Source: an uncultured Ignavibacteriales bacterium (GTDB taxonomy: Bacteria; Zixibacteria; MSB-5A5; GN15; FEB-12). From it: a stretch of 64,000 nt of DNA. This document shows positions 57,267-64,000 of this stretch, piece by piece. The stretch lies in contig CAZUAS010000001.1 in NCBI GenBank assembly GCA_964618515.1, positions 9,966 to 73,965 of the forward strand. The letters are read 5' to 3'. Both the position numbers and the translations under genes were made by a program. How positions within the stretch are numbered: position 1 is the stretch's first letter; each line of letters begins with the position of its first letter. Below the pieces are notes generated by a model. That model was not told where the DNA came from. It did not search any database and saw only the letters and a list, made by a program, of their open reading frames with translations.

Positions 57267-58349
57267 TTAATGGTCATCGGAGTTCCGCAGTTTTTCCCGG
57301 ACCATCTGCGCCCGGACAAAATCCAGACGGTTGGTGTCCATTACCTGAGAGTAATATTTCTGAAGATGCGCCGGCTGAGACAAAAGGAGAACTTCATTTA
57401 TCAACGCTATATCCAGAAAAGTAATTACTTTCATCGCCTGGCCGAGTCGTATGGCGGAAAGCAGGTTCATGACTTCATCGCCGGTCAAAACCCGGGCATT
57501 TTTCAGGATCCCGTAAGCCCGCCAGATTTTATCTTCAATCATATCCGCCGCCTCGTCGAACAAGCGCTGGCGTGCAGCCGCTTCGCTTTCTATTATCTCC
57601 CTGGCGGCAGTGGCTACCTGGTTGAGAATTTCCTCTTCCGATACTCCCAGCGTGTTCTGATTCGAAACCTGGAACAGGTTACCCAGAACATCGGACCCTT
57701 CGCCGTAAAACCCCCGAACCACCAGTCCTACCCGGGTAATACGGGACAGGACACTTTCAATTTCCCTTGTCAATACCAGCCCCGGCAGATGAATTAAAAC
57801 CGACGCCCGCATACCGGTTCCGGCATTGGTCGGACAGGACGTCAGGTAACCGAAATCCGGGTCATAATCGAATTCAAGGTAATGACCGACTTCGTTTTCG
57901 AAACGCATAGCCATTTCATAAGAACCTTTGGGGTCCAAACCCGGCGCGAGAGCCTGCACCCGCAAATGGTCTTCCTCGTTGACCATGATTGACACCCGTT
58001 CATCGGGACTGATAAATAGCGCCTTGGTTAAATCACCGTTAAGAAAAACAGGCGAGATGAGATGGCGCTCGATAAGAAAATCCCGGTCGAGGTCGTCGAT
58101 ATCCGTGGCTTTATGATATTGTCCCTGGTCCAGCAGCTTGGAACGAGTAATGCACGAGTCGAAATAACTGATAATACGGTTTTTGGTTTCGCTGTCGGCC
58201 GTGGTGGGAAATTTACATCCGGCAACATTACGAGCGAGACGCACCCGGGTGGATAAAACCACCTGGGCTTCGTTGCCTTTACCCGATAACCAGGCCGCCG
58301 GTGTTTTAGCCATCTCGTCAAACATCGTACTCAATTCTTTATCCCTCAA
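57267..58349 (-). CDS. mcsB: protein arginine kinase
   Basis: ATP:guanido phosphotransferase core with CPTNAGTGMRASV. ATGA overlap with mcsA. Confidence 0.9.
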   Translation of the reverse strand: MRDKELSTMFDEMAKTPAAWLSGKGNEAQVVLSTRVRLARNVAGCKFPTTADSETKNRIISYFDSCITRSKLLDQGQYHKATDIDDLDRDFLIERHLISPVFLNGDLTKALFISPDERVSIMVNEEDHLRVQALAPGLDPKGSYEMAMRFENEVGHYLEFDYDPDFGYLTSCPTNAGTGMRASVLIHLPGLVLTREIESVLSRITRVGLVVRGFYGEGSDVLGNLFQVSNQNTLGVSEEEILNQVATAAREIIESEAAARQRLFDEAADMIEDKIWRAYGILKNARVLTGDEVMNLLSAIRLGQAMKVITFLDIALINEVLLLSQPAHLQKYYSQVMDTNRLDFVRAQMVREKLRNSDDH

Positions 58350-58879
58350 CTTAAATTATCCGCAGTTAAATTTTCCTTTATGGATTTTAACTTATCCCTG
58401 ATTTCCGCTGCCCGTTCAAATTCCTCGGCTTCAATGGCTTTGCGCAGCTCTATTTCGAGACGTTCTTCCTCTTTGACGGGAATAACATCCGGGGAGCCGA
58501 CCATCTGCGGATTTCTACCCCGGTGCAACGATGCTCCATGAATCTTGCGCATTATCTGCTCCAGGCGATGGCGGAAGGTTTTATAACATTGCCCGCACCC
58601 GAACCGTCCCTGACGGGTAAAGTCATTAAAAGAAAGGTTACATCCGGGACAGACCAAGTCCTCCATCATCTCTTCTTTTTTCACTTGGGGCAGATTGCTG
58701 GCCAGGCCGGAAAGGATCTCCGCCAGAGGAAAGGGCATATTGTCCAGGGGTGAATGAAAACCACGTTTGGCGGCGCACTCCTTACATAAAGATAATGACA
58801 CTTTCTGATTATTGATTATCTGCGTAAGGTGCACTTCGGCATTCCGCTTTTTGCAATCCTGACATAGTTTAGGCAGCAT
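58346..58879 (-). CDS. mcsA: McsA-like activator (CxxC zinc fingers plus UVR domain)
   Basis: CQDC...CKEC and CPGC...CGQC pairs. C-terminal UVR motif EEFERAAEIRDKL. Confidence 0.8.
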   Translation of the reverse strand: MLPKLCQDCKKRNAEVHLTQIINNQKVSLSLCKECAAKRGFHSPLDNMPFPLAEILSGLASNLPQVKKEEMMEDLVCPGCNLSFNDFTRQGRFGCGQCYKTFRHRLEQIMRKIHGASLHRGRNPQMVGSPDVIPVKEEERLEIELRKAIEAEEFERAAEIRDKLKSIKENLTADNLS

Positions 58880-58894
58880 AAATCTTCACCTTAT

Positions 58895-59581
58895 TTATCC
58901 TTCATATACTTTCCCGTCCAGTATTCGAAAACGACGGTTGCATTGTCCCGCCAGTTCTTCATTGTGAGTGGCAATTAAAAACGTTATCGACTTTTCCCGG
59001 TTGAGACTGAAGAGTAAATCATGAAGCTTCCGCCCGGTTGCGATATCAAGATTTCCGGAAGGTTCATCAGCCAGCACCACCCGGGGATTATTCGCCAGAG
59101 CCCGCGCCACTGCGACCCGTTGTTGTTCGCCGCCCGAAAGCTGACCGGGACGATGATATCTTCTATTAGTTAAACCCACCTGCTCCAGAAGGAGTTCCCC
59201 GCGATTTGCCGCTTCACCGGTTGTCTGACCGTCCAGGAGCATTGGTATCATCACATTCTCCAAGGCATTAAAATCATCTAAAAGATAATGATTTTGAAAC
59301 ACAAAGCCTACTTTTTTTGTCCGTAATCGTGCTAATTCTTTTTCGGACAAACCATCGAAAGATGTTTCGCCAATTTTTACCTCACCTCGGGTTGGCCGGT
59401 CAAGACCGCCCAGGATATGTAAAAGGGTGGATTTGCCGACCCCGGAAGCTCCCGTGACAACCGCCATATCCCCTTGCCGGATACCAAGATTAACCCCTTT
59501 TAATACTGCTATGACAGCCTCCGGTGTCCTGAACTCGCGATGAATATCCAACGCGGTTATTATCTGTTGCCGTTCATCCAT
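58895..59581 (-). CDS. lolD: lipoprotein-releasing system ATP-binding protein
   Basis: Walker [10 protein letters not shown] and [15 protein letters not shown]. Adjacent to a LolC/E-type permease. Confidence 0.8.
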   Translation of the reverse strand: MDERQQIITALDIHREFRTPEAVIAVLKGVNLGIRQGDMAVVTGASGVGKSTLLHILGGLDRPTRGEVKIGETSFDGLSEKELARLRTKKVGFVFQNHYLLDDFNALENVMIPMLLDGQTTGEAANRGELLLEQVGLTNRRYHRPGQLSGGEQQRVAVARALANNPRVVLADEPSGNLDIATGRKLHDLLFSLNREKSITFLIATHNEELAGQCNRRFRILDGKVYEG

Positions 59582-59658
59582 GTTAACTAAAAAGTCCTAT
59601 ATATATAATAATTTCGCCACTTTTTAATAAAGTTTTAGCCCAAAACGGTTAAATACCG

Positions 59659-60885
59659 CTATTGCCGCAATACGTCAATAACTGACAGGCGCGAAGCCTG
59701 CAAAGCCGGGTACAGGGTCGCCAGAAAACAGATAAAAACTGTCACCACCCCGGCCAGGATAAAATCCAACAGATGCGTTTCAATCGGCAGATAACTTATG
59801 AAATATATATCCGCCGGCAACGATATCAGCTGATAGTGATTTTGAATATAAGCAGCCAAAAAAGCCAGCAACCAGCCGCAGACAATTCCGCCTGATCCCA
59901 TCAGCAGTCCTTTATAAATAAAAATCTTGAGTATCTGACCCGGCGTCGAACCCATGGTTTTTAAAATACCTATTTCCGCCCGTTTCTCCATTACCAGCAT
60001 TACCAGGGTGGAAATAATCGAAAAAGCCGCCACCAGGACAATCAGGATAAAACCCAGAAAAAGTATTTTTTTCTCGATGGCTATCCAGGAAAAAAGATTT
60101 TTATGAAGAATATTCCAGGGTACGACATCATATTCCCGGCCCAGAGCTTTATCGATAACCGGGGCGATTTCAGAAGCCCGGTAGATATCCGTCAGCTTCA
60201 GGTGTATGGCGGTGACCGCGTCGCCGGTTTTAAACAGTTGTTGGGCATCAGTCAACGAAATATAAGCCAGTTGCGCGTCGAATTCATACATCCCGGTTTC
60301 GAAAATTCCCGAAACATAAAACTTGGCTACCCGGGGGCGGGCGCTTTTATGTAAGTCCTCGCCCTTCAGAGAATACAAAACAACCGCATCACCCAGGAAA
60401 ACACCCAGCCGTTCAGCTAAATCCGAACCCAGTAGAATCCCCGGGATAGTATCGCCGTCGTCAACGACCGGGTCAAAATCATAATCTCCCGCCACGATAT
60501 CCTTGGCGATATTAGCGGTCTTTTTTTCCTTATTTAGGTCAATTCCGCGCAGAATTATCCCGTCGCCCTCGGAAACCGAGGAAATCGCCGCCTTGTAGTA
60601 AATAAACGGCGAAGCCGCTACCACTCCCTCGATTTTTTCTATGGAATCAATCAGCCGGTTATAATTTTCAATCAGGTAACCGCGCATGGGGAAAATCGTA
60701 ATATGCGAGGTGGTGCCCAGAAGCCGGGTGCGGATTTCTGTCTCGAAACCGTTGTGCATCGACATGACAAAACAAACCACCGCCACCCCGAGAGTCACTC
60801 CGACCAGCGTAATCCAGGTGGAAACCGAGGTAAAATACCGCCCCGATTTAAAATAGCGCCGGGCTATGAAACTTTCAAAAGACAT
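59659..60885 (-). CDS. lolC: LolC/LolE-type (MacB/FtsX-fold) lipoprotein-release permease
   Basis: 408 aa: TM1, a periplasmic MacB_PCD-like domain, then the FtsX-type C-terminal three TM helices. Confidence 0.8.
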   Translation of the reverse strand: MSFESFIARRYFKSGRYFTSVSTWITLVGVTLGVAVVCFVMSMHNGFETEIRTRLLGTTSHITIFPMRGYLIENYNRLIDSIEKIEGVVAASPFIYYKAAISSVSEGDGIILRGIDLNKEKKTANIAKDIVAGDYDFDPVVDDGDTIPGILLGSDLAERLGVFLGDAVVLYSLKGEDLHKSARPRVAKFYVSGIFETGMYEFDAQLAYISLTDAQQLFKTGDAVTAIHLKLTDIYRASEIAPVIDKALGREYDVVPWNILHKNLFSWIAIEKKILFLGFILIVLVAAFSIISTLVMLVMEKRAEIGILKTMGSTPGQILKIFIYKGLLMGSGGIVCGWLLAFLAAYIQNHYQLISLPADIYFISYLPIETHLLDFILAGVVTVFICFLATLYPALQASRLSVIDVLRQ

Positions 60886-61006
60886 TAAAAAAACCGCCTT
60901 AATCCAAAATAATTAACCCGTTAAAATACAATTAATTATACCATGGCTGTCAAGTCCAAAGCAATCATTTTAAAACAGGAAATTTATAAATCGACGCGAA
61001 GCATCG

Positions 61007-61048
61007 AATATTCCCTTCCAGCACCGAGCATTGGAACGAGGGAATATT
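61007..61048. repeat. hairpin AATATTCCCT-N22-AGGGAATATT with a diverged copy of the CCTCGTTCC-palindrome element
   Basis: On the minus strand the 27 nt CCTCGTTCCAATGCTCGGTGCTGGAAG match 20 of 27 positions of CCTCGTTCCCACGCTCCGCGTGGGAAC at 49774-49800. Confidence 0.4.
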
Positions 61049-61074
61049 AAACTTATCGGGATTATGAAAGCCTG

Positions 61075-61515
61075 TTATAGTCTTCCGAATAATTTAACTA
61101 AAAAGCGATGAACCGCATGAATTCCGCTGACTGGCTGGGCATACATGAGGATACACTTACCGGTCACGGTTTCAATACCCATATTCTCGGCTATTTCTGC
61201 GGCTTTGGAAAAATCCGCCCCCCGCTGGAACCAGATGCGTTTGATATTTCTTGCGGCCGCCTCCGTAACGACCTTCTCCGCCTGTTCCGGCTTGACGGAA
61301 ACAAAGAGGGCATCGACTTCGCCGGGAAGTTCCTTTATTTCGTTGTAACATCTGGCGCCTGAAAAGGTCGGCAGAGTCGGATGCACCGGGTACACCTGGT
61401 AGCCGTTATTCTTCAAGGTTCGAAAAGCCGCCGAGCCGAATTTCATATTCGAGCGCGACACCCCGACCACGGCGATATTTCTGGAGTTGATAAAATCTTG
61501 TATTTTCTGTTCCAT
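61075..61515 (-). CDS. CoA-binding domain protein (YccU/YneT-like)
   Basis: IAVVGVSRS...KFG...GYQVYPVHP Rossmann-like CoA-binding motif; 146 aa. Confidence 0.75.
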   Translation of the reverse strand: MEQKIQDFINSRNIAVVGVSRSNMKFGSAAFRTLKNNGYQVYPVHPTLPTFSGARCYNEIKELPGEVDALFVSVKPEQAEKVVTEAAARNIKRIWFQRGADFSKAAEIAENMGIETVTGKCILMYAQPVSGIHAVHRFLVKLFGRL

Positions 61516-61569
61516 GGTAATTTACCTTACATTTTATCAATACATAATATTAGTACTAGTAGTCTGTAG

Positions 61570-61592
61570 GTTGAAACCCTTATGGTTTCAAC
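61570..61592. repeat. hairpin GTTGAAACC-CTTAT-GGTTTCAAC
   Basis: Perfect 9-bp stem. Homolog of the 49911-49932 hairpin, with C-to-T and G-to-A changes that preserve pairing. Confidence 0.7.
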
Positions 61593-61600
61593 ACTGTGTG

Positions 61601-61622
61601 TGGCGTACGTCCTCGTGCGCCA
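61601..61622. repeat. hairpin TGGCGTAC-GTCCTC-GTGCGCCA
   Basis: 8-bp stem including one G-U pair. Shares GTCCTCG and ACACTGTG strings with 49802-49820. Confidence 0.5.
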
Positions 61623-61668
61623 CGAAAAATTGTCGAAAGAACAAAGCTTGCAATCTACAAAAAGAGTC

Positions 61669-62238
61669 TCATGACCGCTTATATCTACCCATCAACTGAC
61701 ATTGGGCCAAAATATGCCCTTTCATCGCCGCTTCGATATCATCTTTGGTAACTTTGCCCTCAAGGGTCAGCATGGTATCCAGCGCATATAACTTGAAAAA
61801 ATAACGATGCGTGCCGCGGGGCGGGCAGGGTCCGCCATAGCCGGGTCTGCCGAAATCCGTTATCCCCTGCCGGGCGCCGTTTGTCAGGGTGTCGCTATGT
61901 GGAATAGCTTCAGCCAGACCGGATAAATTCGGCGGCAGGTTATAAAGCACCCAGTGCACCCAGGTACCCATCGGGGCATCCGGGTCATCGCAAATAAGTG
62001 CGAAACTTCGGGTTGTTTCCGGCGCCCCGGACCAGTTCAGGGCGGGCGATATATCGCTGCTGTCGCAGGTGAACTTTTTGGGTATCAGCTCACCTTCTTT
62101 AAAAGCGGGGCTGGTAATTTTGAACGCCATTTGATTCCCTCCGGTATCTTTGGGTTCCTCTTTTTGTTTGCTATCATTGTTCTGACAAGCACAAAAAAGA
62201 ATCCCTGAAACAAGCAAAATAAATATTCTGTTAAACAT
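61669..62238 (-). CDS. YbhB/YbcL (PEBP/Raf-kinase-inhibitor-like) lipoprotein
   Basis: MFNRIFILLVSGILFCAC lipobox after GGGAGG. DPDAP...HW...GPCPP.GTHRY.F.LYALD motifs. This start avoids overlap with lysS. Confidence 0.8.
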   Translation of the reverse strand: MFNRIFILLVSGILFCACQNNDSKQKEEPKDTGGNQMAFKITSPAFKEGELIPKKFTCDSSDISPALNWSGAPETTRSFALICDDPDAPMGTWVHWVLYNLPPNLSGLAEAIPHSDTLTNGARQGITDFGRPGYGGPCPPRGTHRYFFKLYALDTMLTLEGKVTKDDIEAAMKGHILAQCQLMGRYKRS

Positions 62239-62257
62239 AAACACCTCCCTAATCAAA

Positions 62258-63841
62258 TCAGGACTTCTTTTTCTCATCCTCGAGCAATTGCATCAGGATT
62301 TTTGACACCGGCACTGTCCCCTCCTTGTAATCCTTCATCTGCGGATAGAGTATCACATCGCGAATCGTATGCTGGTTGGTCAAGAGCATCACCAGGCGGT
62401 CAATGCCGAAACCCAGCCCGCCGGTGGGTGGCATACCGTAAGACAGCGCGGTCACATAGTCATCATCCAACGGCTGAGCCTCTTCGTCGCCGGCTTCGAT
62501 AGCTTTTCCCTGCTGCAAGAATCGTTCCAGCTGATCCACCGGGTCGTTCAGTTCGCTGAAAGCGTTGCCGGTTTCCTGGGCGGCGATAAACAACTCGAAA
62601 CGCTCGGTCAGGCGGTCGTCGTCGCGGTGCTTTTTCGCCAGGGGGGATATCTCCACCGGGAAATCCGCCACGAAAGTCGGCTGAATCAGCGTTTTCTCGA
62701 CTTTCGCCTCCCAGACCGCGGCAATCACTTTGCCCCGGTTTATCAGCTCTGCGCCCTCAATACCCAGCTTTTTCGCCGCAGCCAGAGCTTCTTCATAAGA
62801 CATATCAGTAAAATCAATCCCGGTCTGTCGGGCGATAGAGCCAATCATCGTCACCCACTGAAACGGCGGTTCAAAATCAATCTCATGGTCGCCGTAGGGT
62901 ATTTTGTACTTGCCGTAAAGAGTAAAAACGGTATGGCGCAGAAGGTCCTCGAAAAGCCGGGCAATATCTTTGTAGTCGGCATAAGCCCAGTACAGTTCAA
63001 TCATCGAAAATTCCGGGTTATGCAGACGGTCGAGGCCCTCGTTGCGGAAATCCTTGCAATATTCCCAGACTTTATCATAACCGCCCACAATCAGGCGTTT
63101 CAGATAAAGCTCATCGGCGATTCGCAGGTACATGTCCATATCGAGTTTCTCATGATGGGTGATGAAGGGACGGGCCATCCCGCCGCCGTAGAGGGGTTGT
63201 AAAATTGGCGTCTCGACTTCGAGAAAACCTAGACTGTTGAGATATTCCCGAATAATCTGGATAATCCGGCTGCGCAGCACGAAAACCCCGCGCACCTCGG
63301 GATTGATTATCAGGTCGGCGTAACGGCGACGGTAGCGCGTTTCGACATCGGTCAGGCCGGCATGCTTGTCCGGGAGCGGGTGCAACGATTTGGCCAGAAG
63401 TTCGAACTTATGCACCCGCAGGGTTCGTTCGCCGGTTTTGGTGATAAACAGCGTCCCCTCGCAACCGATGATATCCCCCAGGTCAAGCAGGTTGAAAAGG
63501 TCAAACGCTTCCTGCCCGACAACATCGAGCTTCAAATAAATCTGCATCATCTGCGAGGCGTCGCGGAAATGGGCAAAAAACGACTTGCCCATTTTCCGCT
63601 TGAGCATTATCCGTCCCGCCAGCCTCACGGCGGTCTGCTTTTCCGCCAGAGAGGAAAATTGGTCCAGGACCTCGCCAATCCCGTGACTCACCTCATACCG
63701 ATAGGGGTAAGGATTTATATTCATCTGTCTCAGTTTGAGAACTTTCTCGCGGCGGATTTTAATCAGTTCCGCCAGGGGCATCTGGATTTCGGTAGCCGGG
63801 TCCGGCGACGGTCGGTTGCGGTCTTGGTTCATGTCGTTCAT
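62258..63841 (-). CDS. lysS: lysyl-tRNA synthetase, class II
   Basis: OB-fold N-domain plus class II motifs (FRNEG, GGLGFGIDRL). Confidence 0.9.
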   Translation of the reverse strand: MNDMNQDRNRPSPDPATEIQMPLAELIKIRREKVLKLRQMNINPYPYRYEVSHGIGEVLDQFSSLAEKQTAVRLAGRIMLKRKMGKSFFAHFRDASQMMQIYLKLDVVGQEAFDLFNLLDLGDIIGCEGTLFITKTGERTLRVHKFELLAKSLHPLPDKHAGLTDVETRYRRRYADLIINPEVRGVFVLRSRIIQIIREYLNSLGFLEVETPILQPLYGGGMARPFITHHEKLDMDMYLRIADELYLKRLIVGGYDKVWEYCKDFRNEGLDRLHNPEFSMIELYWAYADYKDIARLFEDLLRHTVFTLYGKYKIPYGDHEIDFEPPFQWVTMIGSIARQTGIDFTDMSYEEALAAAKKLGIEGAELINRGKVIAAVWEAKVEKTLIQPTFVADFPVEISPLAKKHRDDDRLTERFELFIAAQETGNAFSELNDPVDQLERFLQQGKAIEAGDEEAQPLDDDYVTALSYGMPPTGGLGFGIDRLVMLLTNQHTIRDVILYPQMKDYKEGTVPVSKILMQLLEDEKKKS

Positions 63842-63891
63842 AATATCAATCCTTAAATCTCAATCAGGTACGGGTAAAAACTTCTGAAAAA

Positions 63892-64000
63892 TCATACGTT
63901 ACGTAATTTTTTATATTTATCGATTAACGCCTTCCTTACCACCGCCGGTACCAGCCCCCTGACTTCACCGCCGTTCAACGCCACTTCCTTGACAATCGAT
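63892..64000 (-). CDS. coaD: phosphopantetheine adenylyltransferase, C-terminal 35 codons (remainder outside the window)
   Basis: Edge ORF absent from the track. SIVKEVALNGGEVRGLVPAVVRKALIDKYKKLRNV* matches the conserved CoaD C-terminus pattern (SS.V+E.A..GG.V..FVP..V..AL). Confidence 0.6.
   Translation of the reverse strand, partial: SIVKEVALNGGEVRGLVPAVVRKALIDKYKKLRNV

Overview
A 64-kb, roughly 50% GC, densely coding segment with most genes on the minus strand. It looks like an uncultivated anaerobic diderm bacterium (LolCD, a TonB-dependent receptor, an outer-membrane beta-barrel protein, many lipoboxes), but the lineage cannot be assigned from sequence alone. Content in order: (1) a znuACB-type zinc ABC importer headed by a small ribbon-helix-helix (RHH) protein with a Cys/His-rich tail; (2) three tandem LtaS/MdoB-like membrane transferases; (3) a TonB-dependent receptor; (4) a tetrahydrobiopterin-type pterin cluster (folE, a single-chain triple-repeat PTPS (6-pyruvoyl-tetrahydropterin synthase), an SDR (short-chain dehydrogenase/reductase), a pterin carbinolamine dehydratase); (5) an 11-kb succinate-to-propionate module (mutA-mutB-meaB, Na+-pumping methylmalonyl-CoA decarboxylase mmdADCB, a CoA-transferase); (6) mixed accessory genes (GNAT, APH-like kinase, rsgA, methyltransferases, a spermidine-synthase-like membrane protein, a C-N hydrolase, an isochorismatase, a stand-alone EF-G, an atypical class-III aminotransferase, MgtC); (7) a more decayed stretch (40.5-52.6 kb) holding a nuclease remnant, a THEP1 NTPase, a caspase-like lipoprotein, a secreted PPP phosphatase, rqcH, a frameshifted GNAT, a CarH-like B12 photoreceptor regulator, hairpin-rich repeat elements and an M14 carboxypeptidase broken by one in-frame TAA; (8) housekeeping genes (fumC, rpmA, lolCD-mcsA-mcsB-clpC, lysS, coaD). 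No rRNA, tRNA, CRISPR array, transposase or integrase was found. The most unusual items are the triple-T-fold PTPS, the RHH/Cys-His regulator on the zinc operon, a self-contained promoter / 19-codon ORF / double-terminator unit upstream of a methyltransferase, a family of conserved intergenic hairpins with compensatory changes, and Cys-rich dockerin-like modules. All homology calls rest on motifs read by eye; no database search was run.
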